Below, piece by piece: positions 26,123-34,886 of a stretch of DNA of 43,465 nt (the first letter of the stretch is position 1; each line of letters starts with the position of its first letter). The notes under the pieces are model-generated. The model was not told where the DNA came from. It did no database searches and saw only the letters and a list, made by a program, of their open reading frames with translations. Position numbers and translations under genes: made by a program. This stretch comes from a bacterium (lineage in GTDB: Bacteria > Sysuimicrobiota > Sysuimicrobiia > Sysuimicrobiales > Humicultoraceae). The stretch is taken from positions 1 to 43,465 of the forward strand of contig JBGPNN010000001.1 of the NCBI GenBank assembly GCA_041487495.1, written 5' to 3'.

Positions 26123-27448
26123 GTGGAGAAGAGTCGGTTCTGGGACTCTGACATCGAGACACTACCCCGTTCCCGCCTCGCAACGCTGCAACTCCAACGC
26201 CTGCGCTGGCAGATCGAACGATGCTACCGTGAGTCTGCCTTCTATCGTGAGCGTTTGGATCGGGTGGGGGTCAAAGCCTCGCATCTTCAAACCCTGGAGG
26301 ACATCCGACTCTTTCCCGTGGTTACCAAGCAGGAGCTCCGCGACGAACAAGCGGCACACCCACCATTCGGACGCTACATCGTGGCGGCGATATCCGAGTG
26401 GCGCGAACTGCATCCGTCCACCGGCACAACGGGGGTGCCGGTGAACACGATTTGGTCGGCGGAGGATGCCGGGGTGATCGCCGACCATACCGCCCGGACG
26501 ATGTGGAGCTTCGGCGTGCGGCCCGACGATATTGTGCAGAACGCCTTCGCCTACGGCCTGTGGGTGGCTGGGATCGCCGTCCACTATGCCTGCGCCCGCA
26601 TCGGGTGCTTCGTCATTCCGATTGGCGCCGGCACGACCTCCCGCCAAGTGGACTACTTTCTCAACCCTGGATCGACAGTGCTGATTGCCACGCCATCGTT
26701 TGCCATTCATATCGCTGAGCATATGCGGGAACGTGATGTGAACCCAGCGGACATTCCGCTGCGGGCGGGCTGTTTCGGTGGCGAACCCGGCGCGGAGGTT
26801 CCTGCCACGCGTGCCCGCATCGAACGAGCGCTGGGGATCGACTGCTACGACTACTACGGCCTCGGCGAGATTGCCCCGACGTTTGCGTCCGAATGTATCG
26901 AGAAGAGCGGTCTGCACATCGCGGAAGACCACTACCTCGCCGAGGTTCTTGATCCCGAGACCCAGGAGCCCCTTCCCCCCGGCCATTCCGGCGTGCTGGT
27001 CCTTACCAACCTGACGCGCAAGGCCATGCCGATGATCAGGTACTGGACGAGCGACTTTGCCCGCCTGGATTCTGAGGCATGCCGGTGTGGCCGCACTCAC
27101 GCGCGGTTGGCCGGAGGCATCTTGGGCCGGGCCGACGACCTGATCATTTACAAAGGAGCGAAGTTTTACCCCGTGCAAGTTGAAGGCGTCGTGCGCGCGT
27201 TTCCCGAGTTGACCGAGGAATTCCGCATCGAACTAAGCAGAGACGAGGAACGAGGCGTAGATCAGGTTGCCGTAATTGCCGAGGTGGCCTCGGGGAGGGA
27301 CGAAACCGTAGGCGACCGCCTTCGCCGCGCCCTCGGCGAGGCCCTGGGCGTGACACCACTCGTCCACCTGGTTCAGGCTGGCAGTCTGGAACGCACAGTA
27401 TTCAAGGCCCGTAGAGTGGTCGACCTGCGCCCCCGGCCATCCGCCTGA
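26123..27448 (+). CDS. Phenylacetate-CoA ligase family (PaaK-type AMP-forming aryl/heteroaryl-acetate-CoA ligase)
   Basis: 441 aa. FWDSDIETLPRSRLATLQLQRLRWQIERCY, TKQELRDEQAAHPPFG, HPSTGTTGVP and YDYYGLGEI are typical of PaaK/F390-synthetase-like enzymes. Confidence 0.88.
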   Translation: MEKSRFWDSDIETLPRSRLATLQLQRLRWQIERCYRESAFYRERLDRVGVKASHLQTLEDIRLFPVVTKQELRDEQAAHPPFGRYIVAAISEWRELHPSTGTTGVPVNTIWSAEDAGVIADHTARTMWSFGVRPDDIVQNAFAYGLWVAGIAVHYACARIGCFVIPIGAGTTSRQVDYFLNPGSTVLIATPSFAIHIAEHMRERDVNPADIPLRAGCFGGEPGAEVPATRARIERALGIDCYDYYGLGEIAPTFASECIEKSGLHIAEDHYLAEVLDPETQEPLPPGHSGVLVLTNLTRKAMPMIRYWTSDFARLDSEACRCGRTHARLAGGILGRADDLIIYKGAKFYPVQVEGVVRAFPELTEEFRIELSRDEERGVDQVAVIAEVASGRDETVGDRLRRALGEALGVTPLVHLVQAGSLERTVFKARRVVDLRPRPSA

Positions 27449-27473
27449 CCGGGTTGTGCGTATGGAGGGTGGC

Positions 27474-28262
27474 ATGGACGCTTCTCGGAAACCAGTGGAG
27501 CTCGAAGAGTCGGACAAGCTACGGCGGACTCTCCGCAGCGATCCCCCTGATCGCCTGGGCAAGTCCACGTGGGAGATATTGGAGGAGGCCATCAGGGATG
27601 GGAAGCAGGCTGAGACTTTGGCGATTCTCGATTACCTGCAGGAAGGCGAGGTTGCTCCGCGCCATTTCTTCTTTGCTGATTGGGTGTACGGCAATTTCTC
27701 CTACGTCGTCGAGGCCTTCGGCGAGGACGCATACGAGGACATGTTTAGGGCGACGTGGGGTGCCAAATCGGATGGTGTACCTGGCAGCGTAGAGGGTTTC
27801 GAGCCCGGGCTTCTCACGGATGTGCGGGCCTTGGTGAATAGACATGCTGAGATAATGCGTGGTCATTGTCCTCCACCGGGCGCGATCCAGATCTCGGAAG
27901 AAGCGGATCGTTTTGTGATGAAGCTTCTTCCATGCAACTCGGGCGGGCGAATGCTCCGGAGCGGGATGACGCAGGGAGACTGGAACCTTCCCGTGACTGA
28001 AAAGGCCCACCGGTGGTCCTGGGGCAAGGGTGGGAAGCCTCTCTACTGCTGCCACTGTGCCTTGAGTCGGGGCATCATGGCGACGGAGACGAGGGGGTTT
28101 CCGATCCGAGTTCATGAAATACCCGGACGCGGGCTCAATCCCGATTCCGACCATCCTTCCGACCCTTGTTGTATGATTTTCTATAAGGAACCAGAGTTGA
28201 TTCCCGAGGAATACTTCACCGCCCTTGGACTCAAGAAGGAACCATCCAAATTTCAGCGCTAG
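27474..28262 (+). CDS. Uncharacterised Cys/His-motif protein, paralogue A
   Basis: The ORF opens at GTG 27456. ATG 27474 follows GGAGGG (27464-27469). Conserved blocks are shared with the next gene (LPCNSGGRMLR, HRWSWGKGGKPLYCCHCA, DPCCMIFYKEPELIPEEYF). I recognise no family. Confidence 0.7.
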   Translation: MDASRKPVELEESDKLRRTLRSDPPDRLGKSTWEILEEAIRDGKQAETLAILDYLQEGEVAPRHFFFADWVYGNFSYVVEAFGEDAYEDMFRATWGAKSDGVPGSVEGFEPGLLTDVRALVNRHAEIMRGHCPPPGAIQISEEADRFVMKLLPCNSGGRMLRSGMTQGDWNLPVTEKAHRWSWGKGGKPLYCCHCALSRGIMATETRGFPIRVHEIPGRGLNPDSDHPSDPCCMIFYKEPELIPEEYFTALGLKKEPSKFQR

Positions 28263-28323
28263 CCTGGAGATCTTGGCTTCTGGCATTTCTGTGTTCCGCA
28301 TTCTCGTCTCGGAGGGAACGGAC

Positions 28324-29055
28324 ATGGCACCGAAGCTAGAATGGTCCGGGGCGTTAGGCAGAGTGACCCGCACTGAGTCCGCCCCGGAGCAGGGCATTCT
28401 GACTTGGGACTTAGTGCGCGACGCCATCGCGGGGGGGCGACCCGAGGAGGCCATTCGATGGCTGAGGTACATCAAGGATGGGGAGAACCATGTGAAGCCA
28501 GGACGGGTGAGCCAGTCAATGTTGTACATTCAATCACTCCTTACCTATATTGCCGAGCGTTATGGAGAGGACCATGTGGAAGCGGCGCTACGTTGGTGGC
28601 GCCGAAAGTTGCTCGTTGCAGGACACGAGCCCACTTATGAAATGAGGCCCCTTGAGCGGGTTCGGTATCACGCGGAGATGGCTCGGGCGGATTACAGTGG
28701 TCTCCGGTCTGAAGCTGTCGACGTCTTTGAAGAGGAAGACCGATACGTGATGGTGCTGGACTGCTGCGGTGGCTGTGGCAAAATGCGCAGAGCTGAGCGG
28801 GAGGGGGGTGGGCCCAGACTGGGTATGACCTCGCGCTCGCATCCGTGGTCCTGGGGCAGAACGAACGTACCATACTATTGCGTGCACAACTGTGTGTGGT
28901 GGGAGGTCATGAGTACGGAAGATCTCGGTTATCCACTCCGAATTCATGAGTGGTCTGATGACCCTCGCAAGCCTTGTCGAGTCTACTTCTACAAGGACCC
29001 AGGACAAATTCCCGAACACTACTTCGCGCGCATTGGGAAGACACGAAAATTCTAG
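28324..29055 (+). CDS. Uncharacterised Cys/His-motif protein, paralogue B
   Basis: The ORF opens at 28225, overlapping paralogue A. ATG 28324 follows GGAGGG. Blocks DCCGGCGKMRR, HPWSWGRTNVPYYCVHNCV and KPCRVYFYKDPGQIPEHYF align with paralogue A. Confidence 0.7.
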   Translation: MAPKLEWSGALGRVTRTESAPEQGILTWDLVRDAIAGGRPEEAIRWLRYIKDGENHVKPGRVSQSMLYIQSLLTYIAERYGEDHVEAALRWWRRKLLVAGHEPTYEMRPLERVRYHAEMARADYSGLRSEAVDVFEEEDRYVMVLDCCGGCGKMRRAEREGGGPRLGMTSRSHPWSWGRTNVPYYCVHNCVWWEVMSTEDLGYPLRIHEWSDDPRKPCRVYFYKDPGQIPEHYFARIGKTRKF

Positions 29056-29075
29056 CGCTGGAGTGACCGGTGTTG

Positions 29076-29130
29076 TTGACAAGCACGGCACGTGGGTGCC
29101 AAAATATGACATATCGCATATGATATACGC
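29076..29130 (+). promoter_or_regulatory. Candidate promoter/operator region upstream of the solute-binding protein gene
   Basis: TTGACA at 29076-29081. Inverted repeat GGCAC-N4-GTGCC at 29087-29100. An unusually AT-rich stretch follows, containing the palindrome ATATGACATAT (29104-29114) and CATATG (29117-29122). Possible -10 hexamers are CAAAAT (29100-29105) and TATGAT (29119-29124). Confidence 0.3.
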
Positions 29131-29214
29131 ATCGCTGTTGCGAACCAACAATCGCCTACCAGCTCGGGGCTTTTCCTCGATGTCTTATCCTGCGACACAA
29201 GAAGGGAGCAGAAG

Positions 29215-30951
29215 ATGCCCAGACTGGAGCGCTTTGGGCTCAAATTTGTCGGACTAGGTGCGATCGCACTTCTCAGTTGCATACTGGTGGGTTCCCCATT
29301 GTTGACCGCCACGCTCCCGGGCTTCGCGCCCACGTCAATGCGTGTTTCGCCGTGGACCTCCCTGCCTTCCAGCACGTTGGAGGCGGCAGCTGCCGTCGTG
29401 GCCCGCAAAGCCGACGATTCGACGCTTATCGTCGCCTGGTCAGGCGATCTGAACAGCATGGATCCCCCAGACAGCCTCATTGAGTGGAACCGTGAGGTCG
29501 TCCTCAATGTCTACGAAACCCTCGTGCAATACAAATTCGAGAAGAAGGCCGATGATACACTTGTATGGCAGGGGCTTCAGGTCGCCCCTGGGCTCGCCGA
29601 ACGCTGGACAGTCAGCGGACCCTCGGTAACCTTCGAACTACGCAAGGGTGTGAAGTTCTACCCAAGCGGCAACGAGCTCACAGCTGAGGACGTGAAGTAT
29701 AGCCTTACTCGAATGACGAATGTGCCGGGGTTCGGCAGATTCAACGCAAATCTCGCCGGGCTGTTCGATGGCGAGAAGCAAATTCAAGTGGTGGATCGGT
29801 ACACAGTCAAGATAACGTTCGGCGATGCGAAGGGCGCACCGATGCTGTTTCCGTCATCGCTGCCGTCATTGCGCTTTCCTCAGTTCTCGGTGCTGGATTC
29901 CGCAGTCGTGAAATCGAGGGCGACCCCTGATGACCTGTGGGCGACAAGGTTCCTGAAGGACCACGCGGTTGGTACCGGGCCGTACTACGTTGCGGACAAC
30001 AGAACGCCTGGGCAAGAAACCACCCTACAGATGGTTCCCAACTATTGGGGGAAGAAGCCGGCCTTTAGAAGGGTTATCCTTCGGGTGATCAAGGATTCCG
30101 CCGATGTCGTTGCTCTTATGCGGCGTGGCGAAGTCGATGTCACGACCGCGCTCGGGACACGGGAGCTCACCTCCCTTGAACAAGCGGGGTTTAAGGTTCG
30201 CCGTGCAGCGGTTCCGAACATTGTGAAGCTCGAAATCGCGTTGGACAAGCCGCCGCTCGATATCAGGAACGCACGCAAAGCGCTGGCGTATGCGATGCCG
30301 TATGATGAACTGGCGAAGAACGTGTATGGCGGGCGAGCGGAGCGAGCTCTATCCTACGTCAACCCAGACGCGCCCGGCTTTGCCCCGACATTCAAACTCT
30401 ACAACGATATCAACAAGGCAAAGGAATTGATGCAGCGGGCTAACCTTCAGTCAGGTTTCCAGGTGAGCATCTTCTACGACAGCGGAGTGCCTGCGTTCGA
30501 GGACATTGCACTCCTCATTCAGGACCACCTGCGCAAGCTGAACATTGTCGTCGACCTGAAACCCCTGCCGACGACCCAAATGGGGGCCGAGCGGACGGCG
30601 CGCATCCGGGGTCAAAACTCGCTTCAGGGACTCATCCTGTCGCAGGGAGTGATCTGGCTGGATGACCCGGATCCCAATACCGATGTGTGGATCAAGTCCG
30701 ATGGCGTGTCGAACGTGACTCGCTACAAGAACCCGGTGATCGATGAGCTCCATCTGGCGTTTCGGTTTTCTCAAGACACCAAAGCGCGCGTGCGGGCTTA
30801 CGAGAAGATTCAGGGTATGGTTGCCGAGGATGTCCCCATGATTCCACTGCTCGTCACCGGGCGCAACGCGGCAACACATCCCAGGATTTCGGGGGTCAGC
30901 TTTACTGCTGATCCGCACAATCGCTTTTGGACGATGTTTCTGGCCAAGTAG
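29215..30951 (+). CDS. ABC transporter substrate-binding protein, family 5 (peptide/opine/nickel type), probable lipoprotein
   Basis: 578 aa. The signal sequence has the lipobox-like LLSC. Family-5 SBP blocks are present (VTFELRKGVKFYPSGNELTAEDVKYS, GTGPYYV, VPNYWGKKP). There are no permease or ATPase genes in the window. Confidence 0.88.
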   Translation: MPRLERFGLKFVGLGAIALLSCILVGSPLLTATLPGFAPTSMRVSPWTSLPSSTLEAAAAVVARKADDSTLIVAWSGDLNSMDPPDSLIEWNREVVLNVYETLVQYKFEKKADDTLVWQGLQVAPGLAERWTVSGPSVTFELRKGVKFYPSGNELTAEDVKYSLTRMTNVPGFGRFNANLAGLFDGEKQIQVVDRYTVKITFGDAKGAPMLFPSSLPSLRFPQFSVLDSAVVKSRATPDDLWATRFLKDHAVGTGPYYVADNRTPGQETTLQMVPNYWGKKPAFRRVILRVIKDSADVVALMRRGEVDVTTALGTRELTSLEQAGFKVRRAAVPNIVKLEIALDKPPLDIRNARKALAYAMPYDELAKNVYGGRAERALSYVNPDAPGFAPTFKLYNDINKAKELMQRANLQSGFQVSIFYDSGVPAFEDIALLIQDHLRKLNIVVDLKPLPTTQMGAERTARIRGQNSLQGLILSQGVIWLDDPDPNTDVWIKSDGVSNVTRYKNPVIDELHLAFRFSQDTKARVRAYEKIQGMVAEDVPMIPLLVTGRNAATHPRISGVSFTADPHNRFWTMFLAK

Positions 30952-31036
30952 GGAATGAGTCGCGCAGGCGCCGGTCACCGGATGCTCTGCAACCTGGCTG
31001 CGTCACGCACGGACGGTTAGGGCGGAGGGAGGAGGG

Positions 31037-31681
31037 GTGGGAGTCCGCTGGACAGAGCAGGCGCTGAAAATTGCGGCACCGCTTTGGGAAGCCGTTCTCA
31101 AGCATGATTTCATCCGTGAGCTTGGTAACGGGACTCTTCCCGACAAAAAGCTCATCTTCTATTTCGAGCAGAATATCCACTACATCGACATGGTCGTGCG
31201 GTGTCGTACCATTGCGGCGTCCAAGGCAACCTCAGACGCGGAAAGAGACTTCTTCCTGGATCGGACACCGGTCGTGGTGGAGGAGCTGCAGCACCAACGG
31301 AAGATGCTTGCAGCACTTGGCGGCAACCCAAATGCTCCGATCGCGCCTGCCTGTCACGGTTACACTCGCCACATCCTTAGCCTCGCTTGGGCTCGCAGGC
31401 CAGTGGAGTATTTTGGCGCATTCCTGCCGTGCCCGCTAAGCTACGACGAGATCGGTCACCACCTAAGAGATCGGCTCAAGAAGTCTTCCCATCGGGATTG
31501 GTGGGAGTTCTATATGAGCCGCGAGCATAACGAAATGTGCGACAGGTATCGGAGTTTCGTTGATGAGCGCGTTGACGACGTTTCACCCGCTGCGCGGAAC
31601 GAGATGCTCAAGAACTTTATTGTGAGCTGTAAGTACGAATACTGGTTTTGGGATATGGCGTACAATCTCGAGACTTGGTAG
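31037..31681 (+). CDS. TenA/thiaminase-II family protein, copy 1
   Basis: It aligns by eye to TenA: HDFIRELGNGTLP, FYFEQNIHYI, the FLPCPLSYDEIG Cys motif, and NFIVSCKYEYWFWDMAY. Confidence 0.85.
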   Translation: MGVRWTEQALKIAAPLWEAVLKHDFIRELGNGTLPDKKLIFYFEQNIHYIDMVVRCRTIAASKATSDAERDFFLDRTPVVVEELQHQRKMLAALGGNPNAPIAPACHGYTRHILSLAWARRPVEYFGAFLPCPLSYDEIGHHLRDRLKKSSHRDWWEFYMSREHNEMCDRYRSFVDERVDDVSPAARNEMLKNFIVSCKYEYWFWDMAYNLETW

Positions 31682-31693
31682 GAGATCAAAGCG

Positions 31694-32365
31694 ATGAAGG
31701 CGTGGTCACGGGAAGCGTACGATGCCGGACGTGAATTGTGGCAGCGTATTCTGGAGCATCCCTTTGTCCGGGGACTACGCGACGGAACTCTGCCCGACCG
31801 AAGTCTCAAGTTCTACTTCGAACAGAACACCCACTATATCGACGCGGCTGTAAAGGCGCGTGCGCTTGCTGCGGGTAAGGCGCCCGATATTGAGGCGCGC
31901 GACTTTTGCCTTGAACGCGGCCCGTCCGGCAAGAACGAGCTTCAGCACCAACTCAACCTCCTCGCGGCGTGCGACGGCGACCCAAACGCGGAGTTGGCGC
32001 CGGCTTGTCTTGGATACACACGCCATCTCCTGGCGATCGCGCACAGCCGCGACACGGTAGACTTGTTGGCAGCCTTCCTCCCGTGCCCCTGGACGTATGA
32101 TGAGATCGGGTCCTCACTCGAGAAACATTTGAAGAACCCACTCCACATTGACTGGATGCAATTCTACTGGAGCGCGGACCATCACGCTCTGTGCGATCGC
32201 CACCGCACGATTGTTGATCGACTAGCCGGTGACTTGTCGGCGCGTCGGCGAACCCAACTCCTGGATGATTATCTGATCAGTCTGCACTATGAGCACCGGT
32301 TCTGGGACATGGCGTATCGGTGCGAGCGCTGGCCCAGCGACCGGCTGGTGGAGTTGCGTGCATAG
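31694..32365 (+). CDS. TenA/thiaminase-II family protein, copy 2
   Basis: Paralogue of copy 1: HPFVRGLRDGTLP, FYFEQNTHYI, FLPCPWTYDEIG, YLISLHYEHRFWDMAY. Confidence 0.85.
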   Translation: MKAWSREAYDAGRELWQRILEHPFVRGLRDGTLPDRSLKFYFEQNTHYIDAAVKARALAAGKAPDIEARDFCLERGPSGKNELQHQLNLLAACDGDPNAELAPACLGYTRHLLAIAHSRDTVDLLAAFLPCPWTYDEIGSSLEKHLKNPLHIDWMQFYWSADHHALCDRHRTIVDRLAGDLSARRRTQLLDDYLISLHYEHRFWDMAYRCERWPSDRLVELRA

Positions 32366-32373
32366 GAGAACGT

Positions 32374-32396
32374 ACCGGCGAAGCGTCTGGTTTTTT
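32374..32396 (+). terminator. Possible intrinsic terminator after the second TenA gene
   Basis: An imperfect hairpin at 32374-32391 runs into a T6 run at 32391-32396, 9 nt after the stop codon. Confidence 0.3.
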
Positions 32397-32510
32397 CAGG
32401 GACGCCCTGGGACGCTCTGCCCGGGGAAGCGCCGTGGGTAGACTCGGCAAGGTGATTCATCGCCGGCTGCGATGCCTCCGGGAATTCGAGGAATACGGAA
32501 AGGGGCGAAC

Positions 32511-32906
32511 ATGCGACCCAGGCTGGATCACGTTGGAATCGCGGTGCGAAACATCGAAGATGCGGCACGAGTGTACCGTCAATTCAGCATGAGTTTGCAG
32601 CAGGTGGCGCTTGGGGAGGGCGTGAGGATCGGGTTTATTCCGGCGGGCGCCAGCCAGTTGGAGTTGCTTGAGCCAGCGGGACCGAACACGGTCGTCGGGA
32701 GATTCATTGAACGCCGGGGCGAAGGCCTCCATCATGTCTGCTTCGAGGTTGACGATCTGGAGGCCGCGCTCGCGGAGTTGAGTGGTCGCGGCGTTGAGTT
32801 GATAGACCCCACTCCCCGGAGAGGGATCCAAGGGACGGTGGCGTTCGTCCACCCCAGAGCGTGCCGCGGGGTGCTGATCGAGCTTATTAAGAAGGATGGA
32901 GAGTAG
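32511..32906 (+). CDS. VOC/glyoxalase-fold methylmalonyl-CoA epimerase-like protein
   Basis: Start set at ATG 32511 (MRPRLDHVGIAV). GLHHVCFEVDD and FVHPRACRGVLIELI match the epimerase metal-ligand pattern (H, H, E). The tracked ORF opens at 32472. Confidence 0.82.
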   Translation: MRPRLDHVGIAVRNIEDAARVYRQFSMSLQQVALGEGVRIGFIPAGASQLELLEPAGPNTVVGRFIERRGEGLHHVCFEVDDLEAALAELSGRGVELIDPTPRRGIQGTVAFVHPRACRGVLIELIKKDGE

Positions 32907-34113
32907 GAGGAGACGCGAGCCCGTGCCCGGGCCACTGCAAGGATTTCGGATACTCGATTTCACCCAATACGTTTCCGGGCCGTATTGCACGATGCTGCTG
33001 GGTGACTTGGGCGCGGAGGTGATCAAAGTAGAACCTCGGGACACCGGTGACTTATATCGCCGGCAGGGGCCGCACTTCATTGAGGGCGAGAGCACAGCGT
33101 TTCTCAGTTTGAACCGCAACAAGCAGAGTCTGACCCTGAACCTGAAGTCACCTCAGGCACGTGAGGTGATACATCGTATCATTCCGAGCGTAGACGGAGT
33201 CGTCGAAAATTCCCGGCCGGGAAGCATGCAGAAGCTCGGTCTCGGTTACGAGGATCTGCGGTCGCTTAACCCGCAGCTGATCTACGTGTCTATCTCCGGA
33301 TTTGGTCAAACAGGCCCGATGGGCCAAGAAGGCGGATATGATCTTGTGCTTCAGGCTTTCACTGGGCTCATGCGCATGACCGGCGAGCCTGAGGGGCGGC
33401 CGAACAAGATTCCCATTGCTGCCCTCGACTTCGGCACGGGAATGTTCGCAGCGCTAGGGCTCCTGTCCGCCTATATCGCGCGACAACGAACCGGACAGGG
33501 TCAACACGTTGATACGTCCCTCTTGGATTGCGCCGTGTCATGGCTGGGGATGCATGTGCTGGACTATTTCACGAGCGGCGAATTGCCCAAGCCGCTGGGC
33601 TCGGCGAGCCCGTTCTTCGCACCCTACCAGGCCTTCCGCACTGCGGACAGCGATATTGTGGTCGTCGGCACCGGGGGTCAAGATGCCTGGCCACGGCTGT
33701 GTCGCGCGGTAGGCGTCGACCACTTGAGGGATCATCCGGATTTCGCAACGAATGCTGCGCGGGTGAGGAACCGCGCTGCACTCACCGAAGCGCTCGAGGA
33801 CGTGTTCCGCCAGCGGGACAGCCAGTACTGGTTGGAGCGTCTCAGGGCGGCGGGTGTTATCTGTGGACCCATTCGAACACTTGATAGCCTGCTGAAGGAC
33901 GAACAGGTGCAGCATCGACGACTGATCGAAGACGTAGAGCACCCGACCGCTGGCCGACTGAGGTTGGCCGGTATCCCCATCAAAATGAGCGGCACGCCAG
34001 GCAGCGTCGCCGGGGCGCCTCCGAAATTGGGGGAGGACACTCGAAGCATCCTATTCGCGCTCGGATATGGGCCCGATGAAATCGCGGCGCTGCGCGCGGG
34101 AGGAGTCATCTGA
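32896..34113 (+). CDS. Family III CoA-transferase (CaiB/BaiF/Frc type)
   Basis: PLQGFRILDFTQYVSGPYCTMLLGDLGAEVIKVE is present. The catalytic Asp context is IAALDFGTG. The C-terminal GEDT motif is present. It overlaps the epimerase gene by 11 nt. Confidence 0.9.
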   Translation: MESRRRREPVPGPLQGFRILDFTQYVSGPYCTMLLGDLGAEVIKVEPRDTGDLYRRQGPHFIEGESTAFLSLNRNKQSLTLNLKSPQAREVIHRIIPSVDGVVENSRPGSMQKLGLGYEDLRSLNPQLIYVSISGFGQTGPMGQEGGYDLVLQAFTGLMRMTGEPEGRPNKIPIAALDFGTGMFAALGLLSAYIARQRTGQGQHVDTSLLDCAVSWLGMHVLDYFTSGELPKPLGSASPFFAPYQAFRTADSDIVVVGTGGQDAWPRLCRAVGVDHLRDHPDFATNAARVRNRAALTEALEDVFRQRDSQYWLERLRAAGVICGPIRTLDSLLKDEQVQHRRLIEDVEHPTAGRLRLAGIPIKMSGTPGSVAGAPPKLGEDTRSILFALGYGPDEIAALRAGGVI

Positions 34114-34886
34114 TGCGTTCGCGGCGTACGGGTGGACGTTCCAGTGCCCCTGTGGGTCGAAGCACGGGAACTCCGCTGGGAAGGGGAGGTGGCGGGCGGC
34201 CGAAACTGCCGCGGATCATTGCGGCGAACCTGGAGGCTCTCGCCTACAACGCGATCAAGAAGGCCATAGTCAATCTGGAGTTTCGGCCCGGCGACCCGTT
34301 GGTGGAGACGGATATCGCGGCGCAGCTTGCCGTTAGCAAGACACCGGTTCGGGAAGCGCTTATCCGTCTCGCACGGGAGGGTTTGATCGAGAGCGGACCA
34401 AACCGCGGTCGGGCTGTCGTGCGCTTGAGCGCGCGCGACGTGCAGGAAGTTTTTGAGATTCGCGGCCTTCTGGCGTCTCATCTAGCCCGCCGATTGGCGA
34501 CGACGGCGCGAGAGGCGCTCTTTGACGAACTCGAGGCGACGATTAGAGCCGCAGAAGAGGCAAGCCGAGACGGTGATCGACGCGCGTACTTTACGCACGT
34601 GAGAAATTTCGACAGAATCCTGTACGATGCAAGCCCAAACCTTCGGATGACACCTCTGCTCCAGAACTTTCAGGACCTGCTAGACGTCATTGGCGCCATC
34701 TCAAATGAGGTGGCGGGTCGCTCTGATAGATCGAATCTGGAGCATCGGCGCATTCTGGAGGCTCTCCGAGCGCGAGAACCCGATCAAGCGGCCCAGCGGA
34801 TGGCGGAGCATATTCGGAGCGTTTTGGCTGACTATCTGAGAGTTGTTGACAGACATGCTTCGGACCGACCTCCCGCACAAGGGTGA
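34113..34886 (+). CDS. GntR-family transcriptional regulator, FadR/FCD subfamily
   Basis: The wHTH reads ETDIAAQLAVSKTPVREALIRLAREGLIE. A helical FCD-like C-terminal domain follows. The ATG overlaps the CoA-transferase stop (TGATG). An Arg/Gly-rich extension of about 40 aa lies at the N-terminus. Confidence 0.88.
   Translation: MRSRRTGGRSSAPVGRSTGTPLGRGGGGRPKLPRIIAANLEALAYNAIKKAIVNLEFRPGDPLVETDIAAQLAVSKTPVREALIRLAREGLIESGPNRGRAVVRLSARDVQEVFEIRGLLASHLARRLATTAREALFDELEATIRAAEEASRDGDRRAYFTHVRNFDRILYDASPNLRMTPLLQNFQDLLDVIGAISNEVAGRSDRSNLEHRRILEALRAREPDQAAQRMAEHIRSVLADYLRVVDRHASDRPPAQG

Noticed and set aside
30952-31036. Possible TPP (THI-box) riboswitch upstream of the TenA-like genes
   Set aside because: Only 85 nt are available. 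I see no CTGAGA or the ACCTGATCTGGATAATGCCAGCG-like core. An SD-rich sequence (GGAGGGAGGAGG) directly precedes the start.
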